Below, piece by piece: positions 38,660 to 55,358 of a stretch of 64,000 nt of DNA. The DNA lies in contig CBDCVR010000013.1 in NCBI GenBank assembly GCA_965223155.1, forward strand, positions 1,056,001-1,120,000, written 5' to 3'. This DNA is from Candidatus Multivoradales bacterium. GTDB taxonomy: Bacteria; Acidobacteriota; Thermoanaerobaculia; Multivoradales; JAHEKO01. Made by a program: the position numbers and the translations under genes. Within the stretch, counting starts at the first letter, position 1. Every line of letters begins with the position of its first letter. The notes below the pieces were generated by a model that worked only from the letters and a program-made list of their open reading frames with translations, searched no databases and was not told the origin of the DNA.

Positions 38660-40729
38660 CTAGCCGGCGGCCTTGGCGACGACCTCCTCGCTAACCGTTT
38701 TGGGTGCCTGCTCGTAGCTGGCGAATTGCATGGTGTAGGTGGCCCGGCCCTGGGTCCGCGAGCGCAAATCCGTGGCGTAGCCGAACATCTCGGACAGCGG
38801 CACCATGCAGTTGATGACCTGGGCGTTGCCGCGGGCCTCCATGCTCTGCACTCGTCCGCGCCGCGACGTAATGTCGCCGATGACGTCGCCCATGTACTCC
38901 TCGGGCGTGACCACCTCGACCGCCATCACCGGTTCCAGCAGCACCGGACCGGCCTTCTTGGAGGCGTCCTGAAACGCCATCGAACCGGCGATCTTGAAGG
39001 CCACCTCGGACGAATCGACGTCGTGGTGCGAACCGTCGTAGAGATCCACCTCGATCTCCGAGATCGGATAACCGGCCAGCGGACCGGTCTCCATGGATTC
39101 GCGGATCCCCTGCTCGACGGGCCTGATGAACTCGCGCGGGATGGCGCCGCCGACGATCTTGTTATTGAAGCGAAAATCCACCTCCGCGGGCCGCACCCGA
39201 ATCTTGCAATGACCGAACTGGCCACGGCCTCCGGACTGGCGCACGAAGCGGCCTTCGCCCTCGGCCTCGCGCGTCAGGCTCTCCTTGTAGGCCACCTGCG
39301 GTCGGCCGACGTTGGCGCCGACCTTGAACTCTCGCAGCAGCCGGTCGGTCAGGATCTCGAGGTGGAGCTCACCCATGCCGGAGATCAGGGTCTGGCCCGT
39401 GTCCGGATCGGTGTGGACATGGAAGGTCGGATCTTCCTGCTGCAGCTTTTCGAGCGAGAAGCCCAGCTTCTCCTGATCGGCCTTGGTCTTGGGCTCGATC
39501 GAGACCGCGATCACCGGCTCGGGGAAGGTCATCGCCTCGAGCAGCACCGGGTGTTTGGGATCGCAGATCGTGTCGCCAGTCTTGACGCCCTTGAGCCCCA
39601 CCGCCGCGGCGATGTCGCCGGCCCACAGCTCGGAGACCTCTTCACGCTTGTTGGCGTGCATCTTGAGAATGCGCCCGACGCGCTCGCTCCGGCCGGTGGT
39701 CACGTTGAGCACCGAGTTCCCGGTCTCCATGTGCCCGGAATAGACGCGTATGTAGGCGAGTTGACCGACGAAGGGGTCGGTCATGATCTTGAAGACCAGC
39801 GCCGAGAAAGGCGCATCATCAGAGGCGGGACGCTCTAGGGTCGCACCCTCCGAGTCGGTCCCCTCCACCGGCGGCACGTCCAGCGGCGAGGGCAGGAAGT
39901 CGATGACCGCGTCCAGCAGCGGCTGAACGCCCTTGTTCTTGAAGGCCGAGCCGCACAGAACCGGCTGCAGGCTGCCGGCGATGGTCGCCGCGCGCAGAGC
40001 CGTCTTTAGGTCCTCGCTCGTAACCTCCTCGCCCGACAGGTACTTCTCGAGCAGCGCGTCATCGGTCTCGGCGATGGCCTCGACCATTTTCTCGCGCAGC
40101 TCGAGCGCCCGGTCCTGCAGCTCCTCGGGAACATCGACGTCTTCGAAGCTGGCGCCCAAGGCGTCTTCGCTGTAGAGGACGCCGCGCATGGCGATGAGGT
40201 CGATGACGCCCTTGAGCTGATCCTCGCTGCCCCAGGGAATCTGGATCGGCACCGGCGCCGCGCCCAGGCGCGACACCATCATCTCGACACAGCGGTCGAA
40301 ATCGGCGCCCACGCGGTCCATCTTGTTGACGAAGGCGATGCGCGGCACCCGGTAGCGGTCGGCCTGGCGCCAAACCGTCTCCGACTGCGGCTCGACGCCG
40401 GCCACGGCGTCGAAGACGGCGACCGCGCCGTCGAGAACGCGCAACGAGCGCTCGACTTCGGCGGTGAAGTCGACGTGCCCGGGGGTATCGATGATGTTGA
40501 TGCGGAACCCGTTCCAGGAACAGGTGGTCGCGGCCGCGGTGATAGTGATGCCCCGCTCTTGCTCCTGGACCATCCAGTCCATGGTCGCGGTGCCCTCGTG
40601 GACCTCGCCGATCTTGTAGTTAACGCCGGTGTAGTAGAGGATGCGCTCGGTCGTCGTGGTCTTGCCGGCATCGATATGCGCCATGATGCCGATGTTGCGG
40701 TTCTTCTCGAGTGCTACTTGCCTGGACAT
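38660..40729 (-). CDS. fusA: Elongation factor G
   Basis: AHIDAGKTT; RGITI; DTPGHVDF; position in the str operon. Confidence 0.99.
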   Translation of the reverse strand: MSRQVALEKNRNIGIMAHIDAGKTTTTERILYYTGVNYKIGEVHEGTATMDWMVQEQERGITITAAATTCSWNGFRINIIDTPGHVDFTAEVERSLRVLDGAVAVFDAVAGVEPQSETVWRQADRYRVPRIAFVNKMDRVGADFDRCVEMMVSRLGAAPVPIQIPWGSEDQLKGVIDLIAMRGVLYSEDALGASFEDVDVPEELQDRALELREKMVEAIAETDDALLEKYLSGEEVTSEDLKTALRAATIAGSLQPVLCGSAFKNKGVQPLLDAVIDFLPSPLDVPPVEGTDSEGATLERPASDDAPFSALVFKIMTDPFVGQLAYIRVYSGHMETGNSVLNVTTGRSERVGRILKMHANKREEVSELWAGDIAAAVGLKGVKTGDTICDPKHPVLLEAMTFPEPVIAVSIEPKTKADQEKLGFSLEKLQQEDPTFHVHTDPDTGQTLISGMGELHLEILTDRLLREFKVGANVGRPQVAYKESLTREAEGEGRFVRQSGGRGQFGHCKIRVRPAEVDFRFNNKIVGGAIPREFIRPVEQGIRESMETGPLAGYPISEIEVDLYDGSHHDVDSSEVAFKIAGSMAFQDASKKAGPVLLEPVMAVEVVTPEEYMGDVIGDITSRRGRVQSMEARGNAQVINCMVPLSEMFGYATDLRSRTQGRATYTMQFASYEQAPKTVSEEVVAKAAG

Positions 40730-40763
40730 GACTTCTGGTTCCGTGAGAGCTCCGGAGGCAACA

Positions 40764-40790
40764 CAGCGACAGTGGCGGCCACTGTCGCTG
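40764..40790. other. Perfect 12-bp inverted repeat in the rpsG-fusA spacer
   Basis: cagcgacagtgg-cgg-ccactgtcgctg. Confidence 0.8.
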
Positions 40791-40825
40791 CCTCTCGCCC
40801 ACCTGGGGCGCCCTCGTGACTCGGC

Positions 40826-41296
40826 TTACCAACGGTAGTGGGCAAACGCCTTGTTGGCGTCGGCCATCCGGTGGGTATCCTCCCGCTTCTTGATTGCGGC
40901 TCCGCGACTCTCCGCGGCGTCCATAAGCTCGCCCGCCAGGCGCATGTCCATCGTTTTCTCGCCCCGATTGCGCGCGCTCTGCAGCAGCCAGCGAAAGGAC
41001 AGGGCCAGCCGCCGGTTGGGACGCACCTCGACCGGCACCTGATAGGTCGAACCGCCGACGCGGCGCGACTTGACCTCGACCGCCGGCTTGACGTTGTCGA
41101 TGGCTTTCTTGAAGACCTTCATCGGATCGTCTTCGGTGCGCTCGGCGATGGTGGTCAAGGCCCGGTACAGCATGCGCTCGGCGGTCGACTTCTTGCCGTC
41201 GCGCATGAGCACGTTGACGAACTTGGTCACGAGCTGCGAGTTATATAGCGGATCCGGCAGGATCTCGCGCTTCGGAATGGCACCGCGTCTCGACAT
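40826..41296 (-). CDS. rpsG: 30S ribosomal protein S7
   Basis: [12 protein letters not shown]; [15 protein letters not shown]. Confidence 0.99.
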   Translation of the reverse strand: MSRRGAIPKREILPDPLYNSQLVTKFVNVLMRDGKKSTAERMLYRALTTIAERTEDDPMKVFKKAIDNVKPAVEVKSRRVGGSTYQVPVEVRPNRRLALSFRWLLQSARNRGEKTMDMRLAGELMDAAESRGAAIKKREDTHRMADANKAFAHYRW

Positions 41297-41323
41297 CTTG
41301 CTAACTCCCGAACGGAACGGTTC

Positions 41324-41698
41324 CTAGGCCTTGGGCCGCTTGGCGCCGTACTTCGAACGGCTCTGGCGGCGCCCCTCTACGCCGACGGCGTCCAGCGTGC
41401 CACGCACGACGTGGTACCGAACCCCCGGCAGATCCTTGACCCTGCCGCCCCGGATCAGGACGATCGAGTGCTCTTGAAGGTTATGCCCCACCCCGGGGAT
41501 ATAGGTCGTAACCTCGATCCCATTGGTCAGGCGAACGCGGGCCACCTTGCGGAGCGCCGAGTTCGGCTTCTTGGGGGTCTGGGTGTAGACCCGCACGCAG
41601 ACGCCACGCTTCTGCGGCGAACGCTGCAGCGCCGGGCTCTTGGTCTTGGTGATCTGCTTGGCGCGCCCCTTGCGCACAAGCTGGTGAATCGTTGGCAT
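41324..41698 (-). CDS. rpsL: 30S ribosomal protein S12
   Basis: MPTIHQL; [10 protein letters not shown]; [12 protein letters not shown]. Confidence 0.99.
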   Translation of the reverse strand: MPTIHQLVRKGRAKQITKTKSPALQRSPQKRGVCVRVYTQTPKKPNSALRKVARVRLTNGIEVTTYIPGVGHNLQEHSIVLIRGGRVKDLPGVRYHVVRGTLDAVGVEGRRQSRSKYGAKRPKA

Positions 41699-41837
41699 CT
41701 CTCTTAGGCGCTCCTGCGTGTTGCGACGACAAAACCCGCCCTGCACGCGATCCTCTGCGGCAAATTGTCAGGGGTCTAAAAGAGACAGATCCCTGGCGGG
41801 TCCTCTCCAAAGGAAAGGACCACAGGCGGTATTGGGG

Positions 41838-41867
41838 AGGATACCAGCGGCTCTCGACGCCCGTCAA
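41838..41867 (-). promoter_or_regulatory. sigma70-type promoter of the str operon, TTGACG-18-TATCCT (extended TG)
   Basis: Minus strand TTGACGggcgtcgagagccgctggTATCCT, about 140 nt upstream of rpsL. Confidence 0.65.
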
Positions 41868-41922
41868 GGCCCGGTGAAACCAGCCTCGACCATGCCCGAA
41901 AGGCCGCTGGAACCTTGCCGGA

Positions 41923-46122
<4,200 letters not shown>

Positions 46123-46150
46123 TCTCCTTCTTTCCGTACGGTCCTAAGAC

Positions 46151-49100
46151 CTAGACCTTGACCAGTTCGACGTCCAGACAGAGGCTCTGGAGCTCGCGAA
46201 CGAGAACGTTGAACGATTCGGGCAGACCGGGATCCTCGGGAACGTCGCCCTTGACGATGGACTCGTAGACCTTGCTCCGCCCCTCGACATCGTCGCTCTT
46301 GACGGTGAGCAGCTCCTGAAGCGTGTAGGCGGCGCCGTAGGCCTCGAGCGCCCAGACCTCCATCTCGCCGAAGCGCTGGCCTCCGAACTGGGCCTTACCG
46401 CCTAGGGGCTGCTGCGTAATCAGCGAGTACGGTCCGATCGACCGAGCGTGGATCTTGTCGTCCACGAGGTGCGAGAGCTTGAGCATGTAGATGTACCCGA
46501 CGGTCACCTGCTGCTCGAACTTGTCGCCAGTCATGCCGTCGTAGAGCTCGGTCTTGCCCGAGCTCGGCAAGGCGGCTTCGGCCATGTGGGACTTCAGGTC
46601 CTCCTCGCTGGCGCCGTCGAATACCGGGGTCGCGAACTTGACCCCGAGGACCTGCCCCGCCCAGCCCAAATGAGTCTCCAGGATCTGTCCGACGTTCATC
46701 CGGCTGGGAACGCCCAGTGGGTTGAGAACGATGTCCACCGGAGTTCCGTCCGGCAAGTAGGGCATGTCCTCTACCGGAAGGATCCGCGAGATCACGCCCT
46801 TGTTGCCATGGCGGCCGGCCATCTTGTCGCCGACCTGAAGCTTGCGCTTCATGGCGACGAAGACCTTGACCAGCTTGATCACCCCTGGCGGCAGCTCGTC
46901 GCCCTTCTGGAGATCTTTGACCCGATCCTCGTTGACGCTATAGAGGACGTCCACGAAGGAGTCGGTGCGCTTGTAGATCTCCTTGACCTCGTTCAAGAGC
47001 TTCTTGGCCCTGATTGGCAGCTTCAGGATCTCTTGGCGGGTAAGCGCCTCGAGCACCGGCCGGCCGATGGCCTCGCCGCGCTTGACCAACGTCTCGCCGT
47101 CGCGGCCCTTGACCGCCGCCGTCACCTTCTGGCCCGCCAGGAGATCGGTGATCTTCTTGTTGCGCTCCTCGGTGAGAATGCGGACCTTGTCCCGGGAGTT
47201 CTTCTCCATCCGGGCGACCTCGTCGGCCTCGATTTGCTGCGCACGCTCGTCCTTTTCGACACCCTTGCGCGAGAAGATCTTGACGTCGACAACCGTTCCC
47301 TCGATGCCCGAAGGCACCTTGAGGCTGGCGTCGCGTACGTCACCGGCCTTCTCTCCGAAGATCGCGCGCAGCAGTTTCTCCTCGGGCGTCAGCTGGGTCT
47401 CGCCCTTGGGCGTGACCTTGCCCACCAGGATGTCGCCGGCGGCGACCTTGGCGCCGATCCGGATGATGCCGCTCTCGTCGAGATCCTTGAGGGCGGCCTC
47501 GGACACGTTCGGGATGTCCCGGGTGACCTCTTCGGGACCCAGGCGCGTGTCCCGGGCCTCGATCTCGAACTCCTCGATGTGGATCGAGGTGTAGCTGTCC
47601 TCCTTGACCAGAGTCTCGGAGACCAGAATGGCGTCCTCGAAGTTGTAGCCGCGCCAGGGCATGAAACCCACCAAGACGTTGCGGCCCAGGGCGAGCTCGC
47701 CGGCGTCGGTGCTGGGACCGTCGGCCAGGACGTCTCCCTTGCGCACTCGCTGGCCTTCGCTCACCAGCGGCTTCTGGTTGACGCAGGTGTTCTGGTTGGA
47801 GCGCCGGAACTTGGTGAGCTGGTAGATGTCGGCACCGAAATCCTTGGCCTCGCCGGTCTCGATGTCCTGCCCTTCGACGCGAACGATCACGCGCTCGGAG
47901 TCCACCGAGTCGACGATGCCGCCGCGCTGGCAGAGAACGACCGATCCCGAATCCCGGGCGACGATGCCTTCGAGGCCCGTCCCCACGATTGGCGACTCGG
48001 TGCGGAGCAGCGGCACTGCCTGGCGCTGCATGTTCGAGCCCATGAGCGCCCGGTTGGCGTCGTCGTGCTCGAGAAAGGGAATGAGCGCCGCGGCGACGGA
48101 GACCAGCTGCTTGGGGCTGATGTCCATGTAGTCGACGCGGTCGCGCTCGACGGTGATGAAGTCGCCGCCCGACCGGGCGATGACTCGTTCTTCGACCAGG
48201 CGGCCGCGCTTGTCGATCTTGGCGTTGGCCTGACCGATGATGTAGCGCTCCTCTTCCCAAGCCGTCAGGTACCAGGCGTGGGGCGCAGCCTCGACCTGGG
48301 CCTTCTTGGCCTTGGCCAGAGACTTGTTGGCGGCCTCGAGCTCGTCGCCGGTGATGACCTGGCCCAGCTTGAAGGGGCCGCCACCGACGCGCACGACCCG
48401 GTAGTGATCGATGACCCGGCCCTTCTCGACCCTCTTGTAAGGACTCTCGATGAAGCCGTAGTCATTGATCCTTGCAAACGTCGCGAGCGACGAGATGAGG
48501 CCGATGTTGGGCCCTTCGGGGGTCTCGATCGGACAGATGCGGCCGTAGTGCGACGCGTGGACGTCGCGCACCTCGAAGCCGGCCCGCTCCCGGGAGAGTC
48601 CGCCCGGGCCGAGGGCCGAGAGGCGGCGCTTGTGGGTGACCTCGGACAGCGGATTCGTCTGATCCATGAACTGGGACAGCTGCGAGGAGCCGAAGAACTC
48701 CTTGATCGCGGCGATCACCGGCTTCGAGTTGATGAGGTCGTGCGGCATCGCAGAGTCGATGTCCTGATGGACCGACATCTTTTCCTTGATGGCCCGCTCC
48801 ATCCGGACCAGCCCGACCCGGAACTGGTTCTCCAGGAGCTCGCCCACGGTACGGACGCGGCGGTTGCCCAGGTTGTCGATGTCGTCAACCCGGCCCACGT
48901 CCCGGTGGAGGCGCAGGAGGTACTCCACGACCCCGTAGAAGTCGTCCGCCGACAGGGTCTTCTGATCGACCGAGACGTCGGAATCCAGCTTGATGTTGAA
49001 CTTGAATCGGCCGACGCGAGAGAAATCGTAGCGCTTGGCGTCGAAGAACATGCCGTAGAAGAGCGAGCGCGCACTCTCGATGGTGGGCGGATCGCCGGGG

Positions 49101-50401
49101 CGCATCCGCCGGTAGATCTCGATCAGCGCTTGCTTGGAGTCGGTCGTGCCGTCCTTGGCCAGGGTGGCGCTCAGGATGTTGCCGCAGAGGTCCCAATCCG
49201 GGAAGAAGACCTCGATGTCGGTGTGCTTGCGCCCCTTGAGCCGCGACTCCATGTCCTCGGGCAGGAGCTCGTTGGCCTCGAAGAGCACTTCGCCGGTCTC
49301 GAGGTCCACGACGTCGGCGACGAAAAGGGCCCGGTCCAGCTTGGCCACTCGCACGGTTTCGGTGAGCGACTTGCCGGCAGCCAGCTTCTTGCGCTTGGCC
49401 TGGTCCAGTTCGAGTCCGGCGAAGATCCGGTACACGTCGCGGCGGCCGCGCAGATGGCGCTCCCGGATCTCCTCGCGCTCGAGGACCTCCGGCGTCACCG
49501 AGAGCTCGACCTGCTTGCCCTTCGGCTTGAGCGGAATGGCGGCGTAGAAGCGCCGCAGGATGGCTTCATCGGTCTCGAGGCCCAACGCGCGCAGAAAGAC
49601 GGTGCCGTGGAACTTCCGCTTGCGGTCGATGCGGACGTTCAGGACCTCCTTCTTGTCGTACTCGAACTCCACCCATGAGCCGCGATACGGAATGACCTTG
49701 GCCAGGTACGAGCGCGGGCCCTCGTTGGTAAAGAAGACGCCAGGCGAGCGATGAAGCTGGCTTACCACCACCCGCTCGGTGCCGTTGATGACAAAGGTGC
49801 CGTCATCGGTCATCAGCGGGATGTCGCCGAAGTAGACCTCTTCTTCCTTGGCGTCGCGCATCATGCGAGCGCCGGTCTCGGGATCCTTGTCGTAGACGAA
49901 CAGGCGGAAGGTGGCGCGCAGGGGCACGGCGTGGGTCATGCCGCGCTCCTGACATTCGGACAGGGAGTACTTGAGCTGCAGGTCCACCGGCTCGCCGCAC
50001 TTGTCGCAACGGGTCACCCGGTTCTGGTTGACGACACCGCACTCGCCGCAGGTAACCGTCTCCTCGTGAGGATGATCGGTCATGATCTTGGAGGAGCAGT
50101 TCGAGCACGTCATGCGCAAGAACTCGAGCCCCTTCAGGGTCGCGCACCGGCACTGCCAGTCACCGATCGTGTACTTGACGAAGTCCAGCGAGCAGGTCTC
50201 GCGGAAGTCGGAGAAGGGGAAGATCCCCTGAAAGACCGCCTGCAGCCCGCGATTCTCCCGCTCCTCGGGCAGCAGGTTCATCTGCAGAAACCGCTCGTAC
50301 GAGCGGCGCTGCACGTCGATCAGATTGGGAATCGGCAGGGAACTCCCGATTCGGGAGAAGTTGATCCGATTGCCGTTCACGTTGTCCTTGATAGTCGCCA
50401 T
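46151..50401 (-). CDS. rpoB: RNA polymerase beta subunit
   Basis: SQLSQFMDQ; [12 protein letters not shown]; [11 protein letters not shown]. Contains an N-terminal Cys-rich insertion. Confidence 0.99.
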   Translation of the reverse strand: MATIKDNVNGNRINFSRIGSSLPIPNLIDVQRRSYERFLQMNLLPEERENRGLQAVFQGIFPFSDFRETCSLDFVKYTIGDWQCRCATLKGLEFLRMTCSNCSSKIMTDHPHEETVTCGECGVVNQNRVTRCDKCGEPVDLQLKYSLSECQERGMTHAVPLRATFRLFVYDKDPETGARMMRDAKEEEVYFGDIPLMTDDGTFVINGTERVVVSQLHRSPGVFFTNEGPRSYLAKVIPYRGSWVEFEYDKKEVLNVRIDRKRKFHGTVFLRALGLETDEAILRRFYAAIPLKPKGKQVELSVTPEVLEREEIRERHLRGRRDVYRIFAGLELDQAKRKKLAAGKSLTETVRVAKLDRALFVADVVDLETGEVLFEANELLPEDMESRLKGRKHTDIEVFFPDWDLCGNILSATLAKDGTTDSKQALIEIYRRMRPGDPPTIESARSLFYGMFFDAKRYDFSRVGRFKFNIKLDSDVSVDQKTLSADDFYGVVEYLLRLHRDVGRVDDIDNLGNRRVRTVGELLENQFRVGLVRMERAIKEKMSVHQDIDSAMPHDLINSKPVIAAIKEFFGSSQLSQFMDQTNPLSEVTHKRRLSALGPGGLSRERAGFEVRDVHASHYGRICPIETPEGPNIGLISSLATFARINDYGFIESPYKRVEKGRVIDHYRVVRVGGGPFKLGQVITGDELEAANKSLAKAKKAQVEAAPHAWYLTAWEEERYIIGQANAKIDKRGRLVEERVIARSGGDFITVERDRVDYMDISPKQLVSVAAALIPFLEHDDANRALMGSNMQRQAVPLLRTESPIVGTGLEGIVARDSGSVVLCQRGGIVDSVDSERVIVRVEGQDIETGEAKDFGADIYQLTKFRRSNQNTCVNQKPLVSEGQRVRKGDVLADGPSTDAGELALGRNVLVGFMPWRGYNFEDAILVSETLVKEDSYTSIHIEEFEIEARDTRLGPEEVTRDIPNVSEAALKDLDESGIIRIGAKVAAGDILVGKVTPKGETQLTPEEKLLRAIFGEKAGDVRDASLKVPSGIEGTVVDVKIFSRKGVEKDERAQQIEADEVARMEKNSRDKVRILTEERNKKITDLLAGQKVTAAVKGRDGETLVKRGEAIGRPVLEALTRQEILKLPIRAKKLLNEVKEIYKRTDSFVDVLYSVNEDRVKDLQKGDELPPGVIKLVKVFVAMKRKLQVGDKMAGRHGNKGVISRILPVEDMPYLPDGTPVDIVLNPLGVPSRMNVGQILETHLGWAGQVLGVKFATPVFDGASEEDLKSHMAEAALPSSGKTELYDGMTGDKFEQQVTVGYIYMLKLSHLVDDKIHARSIGPYSLITQQPLGGKAQFGGQRFGEMEVWALEAYGAAYTLQELLTVKSDDVEGRSKVYESIVKGDVPEDPGLPESFNVLVRELQSLCLDVELVKV

Positions 50402-50428
50402 ATGCCCTGCTTCCTCAGCTTGAGATCA

Positions 50429-50459
50429 ATCAGAGATCAGAGATCAGAGATCAGAGATC
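50429..50459. repeat. Heptamer tandem repeat (ATCAGAG)x4 plus ATC in the rpoB leader
   Basis: atcagagatcagagatcagagatcagagatc. Confidence 0.9.
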
Positions 50460-50533
50460 CACGGAAAACGCGGCGCATGCCTTTCCGAAAAGACACACCC
50501 CACCGAGTAGCGGCGCCCGCACGACACCGCTTG

Positions 50534-50553
50534 CTCGACCCGTGCGGGTCGAG
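50534..50553 (-). terminator. Hairpin downstream of rplL (possible attenuator or processing site)
   Basis: ctcgacccg-tg-cgggtcgag inverted repeat; no clear U-tract. Confidence 0.4.
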
Positions 50554-50578
50554 GCGCGCTTCAAGAGGGGCGACACCC

Positions 50579-50959
50579 CTACTTGAGCTCTGCCTGAGCG
50601 CCAGCTTCTTCGAACTTCTTCTTGATCTCTTCAGCTTCTTCTTTCGAGACCGCTTCCTTGACGGTCGTCGGCGCCGCTTCGACCATGTCCTTGGCGTCCT
50701 TGAGGCCCAGCTGGGTCACTTCCCGGACGACCTTGATGACGTTGATCTTCTTGTCGCCAATGGCGGACAGGACCACGTCGAACTCGGTCTTCTCCTCGGC
50801 GGCTTCTGCGGCACCCCCACCCCCGGCCACGGCCATGGGCACGGCGGCGGCGGCGGCGGAGACTCCGTAGTGCTCCTCGAGGGCCTTGACCAGGCCGTTG
50901 AGCTCGAGCACCGTCATCTCGTCGATCTGCTTGATGAAGTCTTCGGTAGCAATCGCCAT
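50579..50959 (-). CDS. rplL: 50S ribosomal protein L7/L12
   Basis: EEKTEFDV; [16 protein letters not shown]. Confidence 0.99.
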   Translation of the reverse strand: MAIATEDFIKQIDEMTVLELNGLVKALEEHYGVSAAAAAVPMAVAGGGGAAEAAEEKTEFDVVLSAIGDKKINVIKVVREVTQLGLKDAKDMVEAAPTTVKEAVSKEEAEEIKKKFEEAGAQAELK

Positions 50960-51016
50960 CTTTTCTCTCCTTGAGGGCCGGCGCGGAGACCAGCCCGTGA
51001 TTCCTATTGGAAGCTG

Positions 51017-51541
51017 CTAGCTCTCTTTCGTAATGGCAACCTCGCCCAGCACGCTAACGAACTGCCTGGGCAGCTCGTTCAGGGTACGCACGAAGCTGGT
51101 CACCGGCGACTGGAGCAGGAACAGCAGTTTCGCGATCAACTCTTCCCGGCTGGGAAGCGAAGCGATCTCTTCGATATCCGAGGCTTCGACGGTCTGCCCG
51201 TCCAAGAGCCCCTTCTTGAGGGTGACCGCCGGAACGCTCTTGGCGAACTCGGCAACGGTTTTCGCCAGCGCCACGGCGTCTTCGGAGGCGTAGGCCACCG
51301 CGGTCGCGCCGGAGAACTCCTCCCGCAGGCCGTCGAGGGCGGCGCCCTCGATTGCCCGCAGCAGGAGGCGGTTCTTGACGACCACGTACTCCCCGCCGGT
51401 CTCCCGCACCCGGTGCCGGAACTCGGTCACCTCGGGAACGGTGACGCCTTCGCAACTCAGCAAGAAGGCATGCGGCGCCTTGGCCACCCCCTCCTGATAC
51501 GAAGCGACGAGGCCTTCTTTCTGGTCTCTGGTAAGCGGCAT
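51017..51541 (-). CDS. rplJ: 50S ribosomal protein L10
   Basis: VVKNRL; LPSREELIAKL; synteny. Confidence 0.97.
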   Translation of the reverse strand: MPLTRDQKEGLVASYQEGVAKAPHAFLLSCEGVTVPEVTEFRHRVRETGGEYVVVKNRLLLRAIEGAALDGLREEFSGATAVAYASEDAVALAKTVAEFAKSVPAVTLKKGLLDGQTVEASDIEEIASLPSREELIAKLLFLLQSPVTSFVRTLNELPRQFVSVLGEVAITKES

Positions 51542-51573
51542 GACTCTGATTCCTTCCGGTTCCCTGTCCCGAC

Positions 51574-52275
51574 TTAGGCTTCCAGCGCCGTCAGGGCGCT
51601 CTCGTCGATCCTGATCCCCGGCCCCATGCTCGAGGACAGGCTGATCGACTTGACGTACTTTCCTTTGGCCGAGGCGGGCTTTGCCTTGACCAGAGCCAGA
51701 AGCACGGCGGCGGCATTGTCCTTGAGCTGATCAGCCGAGAACGAGGTCTTGCCGAAGGGCGCGTGCACGATGCCGGCCTTGTCCACCCGGAACTCGATCT
51801 TGCCCGCCTTGATGGCCTCGACCGCCGGCCCCACGTCGAAGGTCACGGTACCGGTCTTGGGGTTCGGCATCAGCCCCCTGGGACCGAGGACCCGGCCGAG
51901 CTTGCCGACGACCTTCATCATGTCCGGTGTGGAGACAACGGCGTCGAAGTCGAGCCAGCCTCCCTGAATCTTCTCGGCCAGCTCTTCGCCGCCGACCACG
52001 TCGGCCCCAGCACCCTCGGCCTCTTTGACCTTCTCGCCGCCGGCGAACACCAGCACGCGAACCGACCGTCCGGTGCCATGAGGCAAGGCCACGGTGCCAC
52101 GGACCATCTGGTCCGCATGGCGGGGATCCACACCCAGCCGCACCGCCAGATCGACCGACTCATCGAACTTTGCGAAGGACAGCTCCTTGGCCAGTTCGAC
52201 CGCCTCGTCGAGCCCGTACGTACGGGCCTCGAGCTTGCCGGCGGCTTCCTTGAACGCTTTTCCTGACTTCCCCAT
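51574..52275 (-). CDS. rplA: 50S ribosomal protein L1
   Basis: [13 protein letters not shown]; [15 protein letters not shown]. Confidence 0.98.
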   Translation of the reverse strand: MGKSGKAFKEAAGKLEARTYGLDEAVELAKELSFAKFDESVDLAVRLGVDPRHADQMVRGTVALPHGTGRSVRVLVFAGGEKVKEAEGAGADVVGGEELAEKIQGGWLDFDAVVSTPDMMKVVGKLGRVLGPRGLMPNPKTGTVTFDVGPAVEAIKAGKIEFRVDKAGIVHAPFGKTSFSADQLKDNAAAVLLALVKAKPASAKGKYVKSISLSSSMGPGIRIDESALTALEA

Positions 52276-52315
52276 CGTAGTTCCTCGACTCGTTTCCCTC
52301 GCGGCGACCGCTGCC

Positions 52316-52738
52316 TCAGTCGACTTCGATCCCCATCGACCGGGCCGTGCCTTCGATGATCCGCTTCGCGGCTTCAATCGAGGCCGCGTTCAGGTCCGGC
52401 ATCTTGGTCTTGGCGATCTCTTCCACCTGGGCGTCCGACACCGTGCCCACCTTGTCTCGGTTGGGCTCGCCGGACCCCTTGGCCAGTCCCGCCGCCTGAC
52501 GCAGCAGAACTGCCGCGGGCGGCGTCTTGGTGATGAAGGTGTAACTGCGGTCGGCGTAGACCGTGATGACCACCGGAATGATGGTGCCCTGGTCTTGCTG
52601 GGTCTTGGCGTTGAAGGCCTTGCAGAAATCCATGATGTTGACCCCGGCCTGGCCCAATGCCGGACCGACGGGCGGAGCCGGCGAGGCCTGCCCGCCGGGG
52701 ATCTGCAACTTGACCTGACCTATGACTTTCTTTGCCAT
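52316..52738 (-). CDS. rplK: 50S ribosomal protein L11
   Basis: [11 protein letters not shown]; GTARSMG. Confidence 0.99.
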   Translation of the reverse strand: MAKKVIGQVKLQIPGGQASPAPPVGPALGQAGVNIMDFCKAFNAKTQQDQGTIIPVVITVYADRSYTFITKTPPAAVLLRQAAGLAKGSGEPNRDKVGTVSDAQVEEIAKTKMPDLNAASIEAAKRIIEGTARSMGIEVD

Positions 52739-52788
52739 GCTTCGTTCCTATCGCGCCTCTGCCCGGCAATGCGTCGGGCGCTCCGCGT

Positions 52789-53343
52789 CTAGAGCTTCTG
52801 AACCTGACTGAAGTCGAGCTCGACCGGAGTCTGCCGCCCGAAAATCGTCACCATCACCTTGAGGGTGTTGCGCTCGAGGTTGACTTCCTCGACCACGCCG
52901 CTGAAGTTGTTGAAGGGCCCGTCGATGATCTTGACCGGCTCGGCCTTGTCGAAGATGTACTTGGGCTTGGGCTTGTCCCGGGTGCTGACCGCCTGGTGCA
53001 GGATCTGGTCGACCTCGTCCTGCGTCAACGGGGTCGGCTTCTTGCCGCCGCCGACGAAGCCGGTGACCTTCGGCGTGTTCTTGACCACGTGCCAGGCGTC
53101 GTCCGACATCGCCATCTCGACCAGGATGTAGCCAGGGAAGAACTTACGCTCGGTTTCGCGCTTCTTGCCGCCCCGGTACTCCACGATGGTCTCGGTGGGA
53201 ATCCGGATGTCTCCGATCGCTTCCCCCATGCCCAAGGCGTCGGCTCGCTGCCGCAAGGTCTCCTTGACCCGGTCTTCGAACCCCGAGTAGGTGTGCACGA
53301 TGTACCACTGCTTCGTGGACTGCTGTTCGCTAGCTGTCGTCAT
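52789..53343 (-). CDS. nusG: Transcription termination/antitermination factor NusG
   Basis: WYIVHTYSGFE; FFPGYIL; IFGRQTPVELDF. Confidence 0.99.
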   Translation of the reverse strand: MTTASEQQSTKQWYIVHTYSGFEDRVKETLRQRADALGMGEAIGDIRIPTETIVEYRGGKKRETERKFFPGYILVEMAMSDDAWHVVKNTPKVTGFVGGGKKPTPLTQDEVDQILHQAVSTRDKPKPKYIFDKAEPVKIIDGPFNNFSGVVEEVNLERNTLKVMVTIFGRQTPVELDFSQVQKL

Positions 53344-53558
53344 GATCTACCAAAAAGTCTGAGAACGCCCTCGTAGATCTCGAGAATCACGATGTCGGAG
53401 AGCCAGAGAAAGAGCGCGAAGATGACGCTGGCCACGAGCACGACGATGGTCGTCGAGATCACTTCGGCGCGCGACGGAAACGTCACCTTCTTCATCTCGG
53501 CACGGGTTTCGGCCAAGAAGGTCGTCATCCTGCCCCAAGTCTCGGTTATCGATGCCAC
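53340..53558 (-). CDS. secE: Preprotein translocase SecE
   Basis: EMKKVTFPSR plus one TM helix; position before nusG. Confidence 0.95.
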   Translation of the reverse strand: MASITETWGRMTTFLAETRAEMKKVTFPSRAEVISTTIVVLVASVIFALFLWLSDIVILEIYEGVLRLFGRS

Positions 53559-53589
53559 GCTACGGTTCCCGTTGTCCTATTCGTTCGAT

Positions 53590-53666
53590 TGGCAGGCCAG
53601 GAGGGATTCGAACCCCCAACCCTCGGTTTTGGAGACCGATGCTCTACCAATTCGAGCTACTGGCCT
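53590..53666 (-). tRNA. tRNA-Trp (CCA)
   Basis: Cloverleaf; anticodon loop ctCCAaa; encoded 3' CCA. Confidence 0.97.
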
Positions 53667-53701
53667 GAATTCTGCCTTGCTGTCGTCTCTTGGGTCGCGG
53701 G

Positions 53702-54895
<1,194 letters not shown>

Positions 54896-55023
54896 AGTCG
54901 AACCGCTCCTCTTCGTAGATAACAGCCCTCACGGGCCAAGTCTCCAGATCTCTATCTTGTGCGTTTAGGATCGAGGCCGGCGAACCGCCCCGCTTCGTCT
55001 CTCTAGAACCTTCGCCACCTCGC

Positions 55024-55098
55024 TGGAGCCCACGACCGGATTTGAACCGGTGACCCCTTCCTTACCAAGGAAGTGCTCTACCTCTGAGCTACGTGGAC
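55024..55098 (-). tRNA. tRNA-Thr (GGT)
   Basis: Cloverleaf; cttcc-ttGGTaa-ggaag; encoded CCA. Confidence 0.96.
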
Positions 55099-55172
55099 TA
55101 AGTCTAGTAACGCCGCAACCGTAAACGAACCCCGACCGACCGCATTGCGCGGGTCAGCTCGGGGAATGAAGG

Positions 55173-55201
55173 AGTATATGAATTCGGACGCCCCCTGTAA
55201 A
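55173..55201 (-). promoter_or_regulatory. Near-consensus sigma70 promoter TTTACA-17-TATACT driving tRNA-Thr and tuf
   Basis: Minus strand TTTACAgggggcgtccgaattcaTATACT. Confidence 0.75.
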
Positions 55202-55283
55202 GGGGGTTGCGCCGGCTTTTCCGGGCCCGGCTAGCGGCCCCGAAACCCGGAACTGGCGGCGAGCGACCGGCCTGACTCTCGTC

Positions 55284-55358
55284 TGGAGCGGGAGACGGGA
55301 ATCGAACCCGCGACCAGCAGCTTGGAAGGCTGAGACTCTACCACTGAGTTACTCCCGC
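55284..55358 (-). tRNA. tRNA-Gly (TCC)
   Basis: Cloverleaf; loop ctTCCaa; encoded CCA. Confidence 0.96.

Noticed and set aside
46448-49678. 1076-aa plus-strand ORF antisense to rpoB, and similar shadows over rpoC, secY, tuf, pyrH-tsf and the DUF885-like gene
   Set aside because: Codon-register mirror of GC3-biased genes, which rarely yields antisense stops; no recognisable motifs.
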